Source of the DNA: Enoplolaimus lenunculus
Taxonomy: Eukaryota
NCBI GenBank assembly: GCA_030248215.1
Contig: JASANG010001107.1
Span: 620,001-684,000, forward strand
Direction: 5' to 3'
Length of the DNA: 64,000 nucleotides
The notes below the pieces were generated by a model. It was not told where the DNA came from. It worked only from the letters and a program-made list of their open reading frames with translations, and did no database searches. The position numbers were made by a program, and so were the translations under genes. Positions 47,895 to 60,894 of this stretch are shown piece by piece (position 1 is the first letter of the stretch; every line of letters starts with the position of its first letter).

Positions 47895-48630
47895 AAACCT
47901 TGTTTAATTTCTAGGTTGCAAATAGGGTGAGGGCAAGTAATTATTGTGCAAGTCAGTTTTCTAGAATACAGTCAAGCCTGAAAATGCAGTCAAACACTTT
48001 GCATTCCAGCAACTCTACGGTCTGTACATTCGTGCAATAAAAAGCAGTTTTCATGCATGCCAGTACTTGTTTGGTCTTCCCCGAACAGCAATTGTCGTTT
48101 AGAAAGTCCCAGTTGCCAATTGGGGCATTAGCTGCTTGGCTCATGACATGTCAAACAATAACCTTGCTTAATTTATAGTTTGCAAACAGGGTGAAATACA
48201 GTCAAGCCTGAAAATGCAGTCAAACACTTTGCATTCCAGCAACTCTACGGTCTGTACATTCGTGCAATAAAAAGCAGTTTTCATGCATGCCAGTACTTGT
48301 TTGGTCTTCCCCGAACAGCAATTGTCGTTTAGAAAGTCCCAGTTGCCAATTGGGGCATTAGCTGCTTGGCTCATGACATGTCAAACAATAACCTTGCTTA
48401 ATTTATAGTTTGCAAACAGGGTGAAGGCAAATAATTATTGTGCGAGTCAGTTTTCTTTAACACCAATCCTGAACCTGCAGTCAAACACTTTGCATTCCAG
48501 CAGTTGTTTGATCTGGACAATCCTGCAATAAAAAGCAGTTTGCATGCATTCCAATAGCTGTTTGGTCTGCCCCGAACAGCAATTATCGTTTGGACGTCCC
48601 AGTTACCAACTGAGGCAAGGCACGACATAT
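47895..48630. repeat. Tandem repeat: two identical 230-bp units plus a diverged third unit
   Basis: 47965-48194 is identical to 48195-48424; 48425-48630 is a diverged homologue of about 47931-48140. Confidence 0.95.
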
Positions 48631-51600
48631 ATTTCAAACAATGCCATTTTTTACAACTAGCAACCTAGAGGTTTGACTAAAATGTTAATTTTCAAATATA
48701 TTTTGCGGTTCGACATTGCTCTTCAAGCATAATAATACGTTACAAAATTTAAACGCTTCTTTAAATTTAATTTGCCTTTCAATTTTAAGTATTCATGCAA
48801 TCTTAGCGTAATTTCGTTTGCTTTTTGAAAGGCAATTTTAAAATCTAACAGTGTTCTCGTTGCTTAGCCAAAATATAATCGCAAGCCTAAACATATGTGG
48901 GTTCACGTTACAACCAGGGGAGCTTGGGACATGTGTTGACCCTCTTAGACTACTGGAAAACATTTTGTCTACTTATAACCCCATATCATATTGCGACGTC
49001 AAATTTGTCTGCGATCATCATGCGTAGGTCATTTTTGTTCTTCAATATCATTATATTGTTTGTCTGCTAATCATATGATAAATTTTCAAGGGTCTGCGTA
49101 CTTGAGGTAACATACCCAAATTGTCCTGTTGAATATCATATGATACTAGAACTTGAAATTTGAATTTATGATGTCGAAAACAATTATTCAGGCGTGTTTT
49201 TGGAATTTAAAAGTACACCTGTGCCTCTGTGATCCAAATTTCTTTTCATTTATGAACACGCTAACATTGCACCGTCCCGCTGAATATCACACGATATTCG
49301 TTGTAATTTTGGAATATCATATGTTATTTGCAAAAATGTCCCCCAGTATCATGTGACATACCGACTCTTGTACACATTTAATATCTGAGAGCGGTAGTTT
49401 GTAGGTTCAGTGTCTTTGGTATCTGAGTTTATGTTGTTGACCTGACATAACTACCCAAGTTTTAAAGTTGACGTCGAATCAACATGGACAAACGGTGACC
49501 CGTCTGCCCCGATTATAACGTGAATCCCACACCAAGCTCTTAGCCTTCACGTGATAATACGTCTAAAACTAAACCCAAAAGCATAAACATAATGTTAGTC
49601 TAAAGTTTAAACCGACCGTATTGCAGTCCCACGAGGATTCGAAACCACTAAAACTAACACGAGCAGCTAACTTGTATCATGTTAACAATAACCCGCATAA
49701 ACTAATTGCAATTTTTTCGCGGTGTCTGTTCTAAATTTATATTATATAGAAATAGTAATCATAACGGTGAACGAGTGGTCTTAATTTGGACCTATTTGCG
49801 ATTCTGTACGTCTATCGATGCGCAGTTTTATTTTGAATTGTACCAGGGTTCCGATATTAAGTCTTAATTCCAGACCCGTAGCCAGTTCACCTTGATAGGG
49901 GGGCTCAACATTTTTCAGGAGGGACATACAAGTGTTTTCGACAAAATACAAGCAAGGTTGAAACTTAATAGGTAGGCCAATATTATTCCAGTGGGGCTGA
50001 GCCCCCTTCCTCTTTGGCTACGGGCCCGTTGAACTCCAAATATTATTTGGTTGGTATATTTGCGACCACTTCGCGATTGCAGAAAAAGTCCATGATGCAC
50101 ACTGCCTGATATTTTTATTCAATTAAATAGTAAATGAAAGGAATTCCGGTTTTCGATGAATGAAGCATCTAAACTGCAAGAGCTGTGTACAACAAAGAAT
50201 ATGCAACTATTTCAGTAATCCAGTTTATTTTAAATTTAAAATATCTGAGAACAGCATTTAAAAATGCCTCGCAAATATACTGAATAGAAACGTTCGACAT
50301 GGTAAGAACAAGCAAATTTGTATTAAATGCTTTATAGATTCAGCAGTATGATTAACTTATTTTGGTTAATAGTACTGAAATTTGGGCAAAAATATCGCTA
50401 AGAACTTTGTCGGTCAATATATGAAGTAAACCTGTTAATAACAAGTTGTATTAGACCTTGGCTCATACTCAGGCTTAGGTTTGGCAATGTAAAACCACCA
50501 CTTATGATATCAGCACAGCAAACGAGCAAAACCAGTACAAAAAACACTTATCTTAGACGAGGAAGTTGTTTCGATGCAGAAAAACATATTCTAAATTTAT
50601 AGGCCATATATTTCGCTTTTAAAATAGCTTCACTCCACACTGTTGTTTGTGGACAAGAATGTAGCAAGAGGGGCGGGTCGCGGAACAATACCACACCGAT
50701 TTGCAAAATCACAGCTAGGTATCAGCATTTGAAGCTAAGATTGCGTTTGGCTTCTCGCTCTCTTCACCTGCGAGGTTATTTAATAACTCTGTGGCAGAAT
50801 GGTTCGTTGTTGGATCCGTTTTTGCGCCTCTGTCCGCGGAACTTGGTATATTTTAGCGTTTCGCCCTCGAAAAGGAAAAAATACAATGTTGTGGAGGGGT
50901 AGGCTGTTTCCGCGAGGTCTGTTTCTTTTTAACTGCAAATATAGCATCTGCGTTAAAACGAACACAGGTATATACAAATGATTTGGATATTCACAGCAGT
51001 GTGTTAGCCTTAGGCATTAGCCTTGTCCGAAACCTAACCCAAGTATATGCATGAGCCATGTGGGGAGGGAAAGTGTTTGTAGTTCAGAGCTGTTATTTCG
51101 TTCTATAAAAGTATGCTGTAAAACCACCGAAATTTTTATAACAAACTTACCAGTCACCTTTACTGGTCTATTCATTGTCAATGGTACCGGTAATATTTTA
51201 GGCTAAAAATATTATGAAATAGGTGTATTCAAATTTTTGCACCAACTGCACAGAAAAATAGGTAAATCACGATTCTACTTTACTAATACTGTTTATGACT
51301 TCTAATCTGTTAGCGCATATTTGTAACCGGAGGTGGGAAAAACACCGGAGCCGGATGGCGACAAAATTTGCTTGAGCCGAAGCCAGCGTCCGACGAAAGG
51401 CAAGGTGGTTGAAAGTACATAAATTCTTTGAATTTCAACATAAAGTATATCAAAGTGTGGTCAAAAAATGTTTTGATAGTATTTTTTAGACTTCGGCAGC
51501 TTAGAGTTTGAAGATGCAACGGCAGCCGAAGCAGAAAAAAATCGCCGATTCTACCCTGGTATGTCTTTTGTTGGTAACAAAAGAATCATCTTTCGAAATT

Positions 51601-52131
51601 GTTACAGAACAGAATTCCGTTGTTCAAACGCCTGGCTACGTCCCTGGTGATTTAATTTAATGTCACACAGACACTCAAATATTATAAAGATTTAATTTTT
51701 TATCTTTTAACCAGTTTTATAACGTCATAGTGAACCAGATGTTTGACCTCGACTGCATCATCGTATATTTTAAATTAGCGTGGCATCTGCAACTTGTTGC
51801 AACTACGCATTTAAACTCATAGTAGCAGTGTGATTATCTCTAAAAGTAAAGACTTCAAGCACAGTAAAATGCAGATGGTCTGAGAGAAGGTTGGGAAATA
51901 CTATATTGTTTAGTATATATCAGTTGATTTAACTAAATAAATACCACAGTAGTGCTTGGTGAGCCGATTGTCCTTCTGTCATTTTAACTGAAATTGACAT
52001 GTTTCACTCGGGAGACGTTTAAAGCTGAACGGATGGTATATATATATACTGTACAGTAGAGGAATGTCCGTAAATAAATCGAAGCCGCTAACAATTGACA
52101 AACGAAGCGTATACATGTGCTGACTATATAT

Positions 52132-52768
52132 TAGGGTGTAACCGGATATCGGTTTTCGGTGAGAAATACCGAAAATTGTTGATTTTCTACTCAAAATTAG
52201 TTAAAAAATTAAGTAATAACTCGCTATTTTCCATTACAAATATGCAAAATATAACACCTTTGAAACTTATATACTTCAATGCCATACTTTGATCGATATC
52301 CGTTTGCGTTTGTGTCATTTTACTACTGCAGTGATCCGAATAAGAGAGGAGGACTAATATTTATTGGGCCCCTCCAGAGAGAACCCCCCTTGTTATTCCT
52401 CCGCCACCCTTCATCGCTGATATATATCAGGTACTTCAACTATCCGTTGAATTAAACGTTTATTTGTCTTGCGTCAATAGCTTGAGCGATCATGCAAGGT
52501 TATACTTAGGAATGTACTTTCAAAATTTAAGTAAGCCTTAAAGATTCGAACTCAATTTTATTTGGTCCTGGAGTCATTTATGCACTACACTTAGGAATAA
52601 CTAACCTTCATGGACTCTAATTAGGATTTAGGGACTCTGTCCGCTTACATACTCTTATTTCGGATACGGACTCGTATTGACTGGGATTAAAAATGGGGAC
52701 CCCCCTTCTTATTACCCCACACCCTCTTATTCGGGTCACTACAGTATCCGTTTGGCGTTGACAACCTG
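52132..52768 (-). mobile_element. hAT-like MITE family A interrupted by a family E element
   Basis: TAGGGTGTAACCGGATA start and TATCCGTTTG...AACCTG end match family A; the interior 52326-52744 is family E. Confidence 0.6.
52326..52744 (+). mobile_element. TA-flanked MITE family E (nested)
   Basis: TA-CTGCAGTGATCCGAATAAGAG...CTCTTATTCGGGTCACTACAG-TA. Confidence 0.8.
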
Positions 52769-52788
52769 ATATATAAACACACACCCTC

Positions 52789-52823
<35 letters not shown>
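52789..52823. repeat. (AT)n(GT)n microsatellite
   Basis: Seen directly in the sequence. Confidence 0.9.
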
Positions 52824-54398
52824 AAATCATGATTTCTGTTCATTCCATGAGACTCCCAAAAGCCCAAGTCTCCCAACGGGGAGTATGAGGTGTCAGGTAA
52901 AACGCCTGTGACAGAAGCTAAACTATGTTTCCGACTGCTCTATACCTATACAGTCCTCCCCGAATTTTTCGATTTTTTTCAGATCTTGGCAGAACTTGGA
53001 CTTAGGGTTAAACACAGGATATTTCTCAAGTTTAAAGTTGTAACCTGTACAAGTGATACAATTTCATCAACGCCATTGAGCTATTCAAGTGACCTTTATC
53101 TAAACCTTTGCATAATTCACAAGAGTCAAACAAATAATTATCAAAATTTTCTTTTATTTTTGTTGAAACGTCACGAATTAGCATTGTTTTTGAAAACATC
53201 TCAGAATAAATCGATTTTGACTTAATACGCAATATCGAATGAATATCGTCATGGCCAAAGCCAACAAAGACAGTTTTAATTTTATCATTTCAATGTCTAC
53301 ACAGCAGGTAGAGTGGTTCCTATCCAATAGAGCATCGTGGATAAAACGTAAAACAAGTTTAGCTTAATTCAATTGCGCTAACTATTATTTTGCCGAACCA
53401 TAACATTTTATGTATGCGGCGTCAAACATGCTGTCCTTATAGCCTATAGATAAGCCTAAGCCCACCCTCAACCAAAACAAAAAAAGCTTATGCTTACTCT
53501 ATTATAATTGCGCGAAAAAATTATTCACTTTTCAAAGTAAAGATGGCCCGAAGCAGCAATAAACGTATTCTAAAATCAGTTATGTCGCGCATTTTTCTGT
53601 ATTTCATGCAATACGGCTTCTCATGTTGTTTATAACCAGTAAAAGTTATTTTGTGTAACCTTATGATTGGCTTCAAAGTATGGCTTCTTCCTGTTTGTTA
53701 ATTTTTTAACCAATAATGTACCACAAATGCTAAATAAGCTTTATACAATGCCAAGGAAGCATTAATAAATTCTATGTTAGCAAAATTTTGTACGCCTTCA
53801 ATAAATCATCCTGCCTCCTTTATAAGTTACCCTGAGTACACCTATTGTACTAATTCCTGGTTGTGAGCTAGGTTGTATGTCTGATAAAATCCTCGCAATT
53901 TCATATACTTTGAAAACAGAAAAAGTTTTGGATAAATACGTTTAAAGATTATTAAGCATAGCTCACAAAAATTGAGAACTTATTGGCAAAAAACCAAACC
54001 AAAACAATAGCGGCACCGAACGGAACAGTTGAAGTTTCCACAAAGACATCAATTAAAGTTTTCACCTCCCAGGGGTATCAATTAAAGACCACGCCCCATC
54101 CCGATGATTTCAAGTGCTCAAAGGGTCAAAATGGTTAATCAGGTAATAGAAAAATTTGCATTGAGGGAACTGAACGGATACTACTGGTCGTTTTTTGATT
54201 ATCAACTCGACTTCATAGACCTGTAAAATAAACTACACCGCGTAGTACTGATGCAGCCATATAATCTCCACAAAGCCTACCTATGCAAGGTTGTTGGAAT
54301 CTTGGCTATCTTGAAGGCACCTTAGAAATCTTAAATTCTCTAGTGCGAGAACAGGTTTAGCTGCTGAGAACAACGTCAATACTGCCCATATTACAAAT

Positions 54399-54587
54399 GG
54401 CCAATATATAAAACATGAAAGTAATACTAGTATAAGCATATTCCTAAGCCGAAGCCTATGCCACGGCGTAAGAATGGACTTACATAAAAACCTAAGCCTA
54501 AGCAAATGAAAATTATTCTAAAGCTTAATCTAATACTATTGAAGACCCGCAGAAACACGTACCGCCTCTTTTCCTAATATATGGGAC
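54399..54587 (-). mobile_element. TTAGGC-containing MITE family T1 (diverged, reverse)
   Basis: GGCCAATATATAAAACA...AATATATGGGAC ends; TAGTATAAGCATATTCCTAAGCC and CTAAAGCTTAA blocks. Confidence 0.6.
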
Positions 54588-55425
54588 ATGTCCGATCGGT
54601 ACCAAATAAAATTTTACTTCTCTTCAGCTGTATGTATAACTGAAACTACATTAACAATTAATATTTCTGGTATTTTAAAAATTCAATATTCCTTCCATTG
54701 TAAAATTATTTATTGTCTATAACCAAAAATGTTTTCAGATAGGTTTATCAAAATTATCAATGTTCAAGAAGAAACTACAAATACGCAAGTGGACTTTATG
54801 AGATGAAACGTGTGATTTTTTCACGACTTGATTGAAAGTATTTAAATATTTAAGCAACGCGAATTCACAAAACATGAAACTTGAAATTTACTTGTAAACA
54901 TGCAAACAATTCATGTTAAACAATCATGGTTTTTATTTAAAAGTTTAATTCAAAACTGAACCGAAACACAAAACACAATGAAGTTTTCGTCAAACTTGAC
55001 ATTGAAAAATTTCATAACAGTTTCAAGTCGATCAACTCTCAATCACGGAACACAAACTATAGGGCGTTTAAGCAAAAGTCTTGGCTATGATTGAATAATA
55101 AGCACAAAGAAAAACTTACTAACGACATTTCATCTATTTCAAATGACTAAATATTCAAAAACAGTATATACCTATTACGACAAACTTTATATTACATTGT
55201 GTTTTAGTTTAAGGTTGTGGAAGCGCGATTTGCAGCGAAAACGGTAATGGTAATTGGTAACAGCATTTGATGCAAAGGTAACTAACCTAATTTCAAAGCA
55301 ATAAAGCATTGCGACCAACTGTTTTATTAAAATTTCAATGTTTATCGTTTTAATTGTGAGCAAATTTTTAATGTCGTGTCCAGTAATCCATTGTTCCAAT
55401 GTGTACAACAGCCATTTATAGGTGT

Positions 55426-55652
55426 TTAAGCTTTCTTGAGTTTCTTGAGGTTCGATCGTCGTGGGCAAGGACAGTATTGCGCATCTTTGCCAGGAGGACC
55501 AGGAGGACCTTGTGGACCTGGGTTGCCAGGAGTACCAGGGTTGCCTGGGGTTCCGTCGTTGCCTTTGTCGCCAGGTGGTCCAGGTTGTCCATCGCCGCCA
55601 GGATTGCCGTTTCGACCAGGTGGACCAGGTGGTCCACGACCGCCAGGTGGTC
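55426..55652 (-). CDS. Nematode cuticle collagen, exon 5 (last)
   Basis: TTTTAG acceptor; Gly-X-Y repeats ending [25 protein letters not shown]. Confidence 0.95.
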
Positions 55653-56214
55653 CTAAAACAAACAGTATCAGAATGTTTTTAGGAATAAACACAACTTATT
55701 TATGTATCTCCAGCTTCAAATTCTGTGTATTCAGTGGTTTACGTTTTTTTACTTCAAGAGTTCTTACTAGTATTTTGTGCACAAATTTTAAGCATCGCTA
55801 TTTAGCATTTTAATGTATTGAGACATCAGTTATTTTGTTAGTCACACTGCGTAAATTAAGCAATAATATTTGCGTTCAGCTTAGAAATACCAGGTGTCAA
55901 GGCGTCGAGATTTTAAAGAACGCATTAAAAGTAAAAGTAAACTTGAAGCCTAGATTGATTACTATTTGAAAAATGCAAAAAAAATCCGAATTTTGAGCCA
56001 TTTATAATCTAACTATATTACGACAATTTGTATAGGTCTAAAATTTTTAACACCAGCCATGGTCAAAAACGAAAACTGATGGCTTTGAATGCTAGCTCAG
56101 AAATCTATACTAAATTTTTTAACTTCACAGCTAAATCGACCTACAGGAGAATATAACTGCATTTCGGTGCAATTGTACCAAAGTTTGTTATTCCATAAAT
56201 TTCATACAACATAC

Positions 56215-56386
56215 CTGGTGGTCCAGGTCGACCTTTTTGTCCTCGCGAACCAGGTTGGCCAGGACCGCCTGGTGGACCAGGTGGGCCAGGGCGGCCAGCA
56301 TTTCCAGGAGGACCAGGTGGGCCAGGAGTTCCGTTTCCTGCTGGCATACCATCGACACCACGTCCGCCAGGTCCGCCAGGAATACC
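56215..56386 (-). CDS. Nematode cuticle collagen, exon 4
   Basis: TTTCAG acceptor, G|GTATGT donor; Gly-X-Y repeats; phases match both neighbours. Confidence 0.95.
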
Positions 56387-56612
56387 CTGAAACAGTTTCA
56401 CATCATATTATGCTTTACAAAAAATTGTTGATGTATAAAAAAAATGAAAATTTATTTCTAATTCTATTAAATATATAAGTCAAAATTTCAAATCATTGAT
56501 CAAATGTCGGTTCGCAAACGGAAAAAACGATAAATATAGTTAGTTACAAATCTTGGTTGAAAACTCTTAATGTTTACATACATACATAGCTAAAATTCGT
56601 TGTAAGACTTAC

Positions 56613-56824
56613 CGAAGGACCAGGAGGACCTGGTGGGCCAGGTGGTCCTGGGGGTCCTTTGGGACACATGCGGCAAGTGCCACCTTCGCCGACTGGAACT
56701 GGAGCACTGGTGCCTGGCTGGCCGGGTAAACCGTCAGCGCCACGTTCGCCAGGTTGACCGTCAGAGCCAGGTTCACCTGGAGGTCCAGGTGGACCTGATG
56801 GGCATCGGCTTTGTTCGTTACATT
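56613..56824 (-). CDS. Nematode cuticle collagen, exon 3
   Basis: TTTCAG acceptor, GTAAGT donor; [13 protein letters not shown]... first Gly-X-Y block and [10 protein letters not shown] cysteine cluster. Confidence 0.95.
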
Positions 56825-57575
56825 CTGAAATGATGAATGAGTACAGCAAATACCTTGTGGTGGATCCAGGCATTTGTGACGGTGAGGCCGAGCGATAAGT
56901 AATTGCACAAAAAAGCTCGCGAATGAATTTATAATGTCTTTCTAAGCAAAAATTTTTGCAGACGGAGAAGCAGAAATTCTAAAGTTTTAGATTGTTTTTT
57001 ATGGCTGCCGCAAAAAATAAAATTGTTCAAATGTACCGAAATTTGTTCAGTTAGAGTGATTACCAGTGCGCTAAGATTAGTTTTTATATTTTCTTATCTG
57101 CAGTATTTGACGTTTTGAATTTGCTTCTAAGTTAATTACCAAAAAGGGGTTACCAACACTCTAACCCCGTTGCAACCGTCGTTGCTAATTGCTCGTTTAT
57201 ACACAATTACTGCGAATATTTCATGTTCCACAATACCCTGAGCGCACACTAATTTTTAGTCGTACGAGCGTACATGGTGTTTGGCTTTGGAGGTACATAG
57301 CGAAGCGTATCAATTTAAATCATTTCAAACTGTTTACTCGGCTTCAAAAATTCTAAACCTTCGTATATATTAATTAATTTAATCCATGAAAGACTTAGGG
57401 TTGCGCTATACCCGTCGCGCGTCGCCGAACGTACCTGCCATTAAAAACTGTGTCACGTCGCCAAATAGAGTTTGCCTATATTTTTGTTAGCAACGCATAG
57501 CGGCGCGCGGCGGGATCTGGCACAATGAAGTATACCGACACGTTAAAGCTACGCTATTTAACATTCTAAACTTAC

Positions 57576-57663
57576 TGCAAAGTCGTTCGACTTGACGAGC
57601 AACTCGTTTGGGTGCTCGGGCATGTGCACTGCGGATTTCGGTCCAAACATCATCCGACAGAAG
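57576..57663 (-). CDS. Nematode cuticle collagen, exon 2
   Basis: TTTTAG acceptor, GTAAGT donor; LLSDDVWTEIRSAHARAPKRVARQVERLC with an RxxR processing motif (RVAR). Confidence 0.9.
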
Positions 57664-57916
57664 CTAAAATCAGATAAAAATAAAACTTAATACAAGTTTT
57701 GATTAGTTTTAAAAATTCAGCAGCAAATTGCAGAGCGGAATATAAGCTTCAAAGGCAATTGAACGTCGAAATATTGTTAGGATAAGCGTACAAAAATCGG
57801 TTTCAATTTTTTGGCTTAGTTTTATCTGTCTTACAGGTTTATACAATTTGTAACATTCCGCATCATCCCTAAGTCAAGAACAACATCCCGTGTATCTTAA
57901 ATAACAGCTAGGCTAT

Positions 57917-58083
57917 CAGTGGCGGATCCAGGATCTCAAAATGGGGGGCAAAATTTCACAGGTAGTAACTTATTCTACTCACACACAAACCACGAACTAT
58001 TGTCACAAAATTGCTATAAAATTTTTGTCGACATGCTGTTGGGGGGAGCCACGGCCGGGGTGCCCCCCGTGGATCCGCCATTG
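57917..58083. mobile_element. MITE family D in collagen intron 1
   Basis: CAGTGGCGGATCCA...TGGATCCGCCATTG; 8-bp TSD TAGGCTAT (57909-57916) / TAGGCAAT (58084-58091). Confidence 0.8.
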
Positions 58084-58409
58084 TAGGCAATCGTTATATT
58101 TTTATCTGCGACTAATGAACATGATTTCTAAAGAACAGCAAGCAAGAGTTTGTTCATTTTACAAATTTTGTAATCTAGCTCAAATTTTAGATAACATTAA
58201 TTTAAAATTTGCAGCAACGAGAATATTTAAAACAAACTACATAGCACAAACACCAAGTTTTTTTACGCTGTATGTAAAATGCTTTTTTCGAAGGGTTTTT
58301 AGTTTAGAAAAACTCACGAAACAAATTTACTTTAATGAGTCAATTATTATACCATAGACCAACAAACTCTGTAGTATGCCAACAACAACGCATTCAACGA
58401 TAAACTTAC

Positions 58410-58550
58410 ACGGAATTCATCCATTTCAGTCTGGACTTCCAAAGTGATGGTGTTGACCTTCTGATAAATCATTGGGACCGCAATCAGGCAGCCCAACATG
58501 GCGCCGATGCTCAAAATATTGGCCAAATAAGCGGCGTACTGCGCTGCCAT
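58410..58550 (-). CDS. Nematode cuticle collagen, exon 1 (cuticle collagen N-terminal domain)
   Basis: MAAQYAAYLANILSIGAMLGCLIAVPMIYQKVNTITLEVQTEMDEFR then GTAAGT donor; the five exons total 840 bp (279 aa plus stop). Confidence 0.93.
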
Positions 58551-60743
58551 TATGATCTGGATACGCTAATACAAGGACAAAAGTAGTCTAAAATAAAGAT
58601 AATACCATTATTTGACAGGCAAACACGAGTATAAAGTTACTTTTGTCGAAACACAGTGAATTGTTAGGTAAAGAATATGTCATCCAAAATTTATAAACAA
58701 CTGAAATGCAGCCAGTCAGCTGAAGTGATATATTATAATGTGAAATTTCAAAGAGATGTTCGAATGCTTAATGCATTATGTCCTGAACGTTAGTTCATAC
58801 AGAGCGATTGCTACCTAACGCTATACTCGGTGTTATATAACTGGCGATTCGAAAAAATTTACAAATTTTTCAAGATTGCTTAAAAGTCATCAAAAAACCT
58901 TGTATGCCACACCTGAAACAATATTAGTCCCCCTACTAACGTGAGCTGGCTACGGGCCTGTCAAAAAAGCTGCTGTTTCGCTCGCTACGCTCTCTTCGAA
59001 ACCCTTTTAAACCTGGTCATCATCTCAATGAAACCCTGGCTACGCCTCTGGTTGCTAACGTATTTTTAAGCAGTGTGGCAAAAGTAAACTATTTCAGCAA
59101 ATCTAGAACAGAAAAACGTCTATTTCAAGTGAAAAAACTCTGTTGCGCTACGTTAGAAAAGTTAACGTTTCACCTACTAAATAATTTCCAACATTGTCGT
59201 GCGTTGCCATTTTATACTTAAAATAATCTCTTACGTCGCTAAAACTGTCGCTCGCTTGTTTTATATTAAAATTCAAGCAACTTTTTGCCGTTTAAAATTT
59301 TTAATTTATTATCATTATTATTAGAAAATATCTTTTGTCTGGCTAAGGTGCGCACAAAAATTATCTCAAGGATGTGTAGCATCATCACATTGCGCATTCA
59401 ACTGTGTAAAAATATCTCTTCTGCTCGCAACTACAGTTTTTTGCAATTCTTAACATAAAAGTTTTACGCTTAAGGGCAAAATTATCAACAACTTTTTCTA
59501 GGTTAATACCTTCACCTTTAGTTGTCGTATTTTTACGCGCTATACACAGTAAAAGTTGAGTGATCGTATTTTTACGCGTTATACACAGTAAAATTTGAGT
59601 GAATAAATGCTAAAATGTTGTTAATGTAAGAATTCGTGAGAAATATGTTGACATTAAGTCTTTTATTAAAAGAGTGTCAAACATATTAACCACAGATTTA
59701 TAGTTAACCCTTCGCACTTTTAAACTCAAAGCATAGCACTCGTTGAGGTTAAAATTTTAATAAATGTAACAAATTCGATGGCAAATGTTGTTTTTTGTTA
59801 TGAAACGCCGGACACATTAAAAATATACTTGATACATCTTCAAAATTTATTCAAATTACAAAAGGTACCAGATCCAGTTATAGGTTGCGGAGAGCATGAG
59901 CTCAACCGGAAATATCCATGAAATTCGATTAGTTTCAAATATTCTTAAGAATAAACAGAGCATTTTATTTACATACGTAAAAATAAGAAAATTAATTTTT
60001 GAAAACTACTATTTCTCGAAAGAAAGGAGTCTGTTTGTTAGAATTTGGCAATAGTAACCTCATGAATATAAAACAAACGATTAAACCAGCTAATAAATAT
60101 GTCAAAACAAATTAAAGAATCATACGTTTCAAAATATTGTTGTTTTTACCAACGTTTTTTTGTTCGTACGACAAAATCTGGACAAGAAAGAATATAATGC
60201 GTAAATTTAACAACGCAGTCGTCTCATGTTGCTTGTGCAAAAAATATCGCGCCTCTACGATAGAAATCTTTTAGGCAACTATACATCGAGCTATATTAAT
60301 TTGTTTTGGTATACTTTTGAATATTTCTTACACCACACCATTTTTTGTTTAAACTTCGTAGCAAATAGTCACCACACCCGTTTGTTGATAGGTGAACGTA
60401 GTGGCCTAATTGTGCAGTGAAGCTTGAAGACACTGCGAATTATTTTTCGTACAATGAAAAATATTTAATGTGCACCTATTATGACTTGAAATATCGCACG
60501 AATAAAGGCTGTTTTTACGTTGTTCAAGTTGAAAGTACATATATGAAGAAAAGCAATTAAACAACAATTTATCTATTCAAGATTGGTAAATTGCCTAGCG
60601 GTACGGTATTACTTTTAAATTTTTTGATATGTTTCTTTCTATGCAGGTGGATCTGCTCTCTACACATTGTGCGATATTCGACTTCAAATCACGAGAATAC
60701 TTGCATATAGGTTTCTGAGTCGATGTATATATACTATGCTACA

Positions 60744-60894
60744 GGCTCTTGTACACCTTTCTCTCACATTTAAGGTTAAGGCTTACTAGGTTTAGGGAAC
60801 GAGTTTAGCAAAGGCTGCAGGCTTTAGGTTTAGACACAGACAAACCTTTTCCTAAATCTAAGCGCACATATGGGGCACTGCACCTACAAGAGCC
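60744..60894. mobile_element. Family T2 element with perfect 10-bp TIRs
   Basis: GGCTCTTGTA...TACAAGAGCC enclosing degenerate TTAGG/CCTAA repeats. Confidence 0.6.

Noticed and set aside
47953..48637. Cysteine-rich minus-strand ORFs, or a peptidoglycan-binding/MMP-like FQxLFGLP frame on the plus strand
   Set aside because: Differences between units include many second-position changes, stops and a frameshift, consistent with neutral non-coding repeats.
55399..56833. Plus-strand and alternate-frame ORFs over the collagen
   Set aside because: Shadows of GC-rich Gly-X-Y codons.
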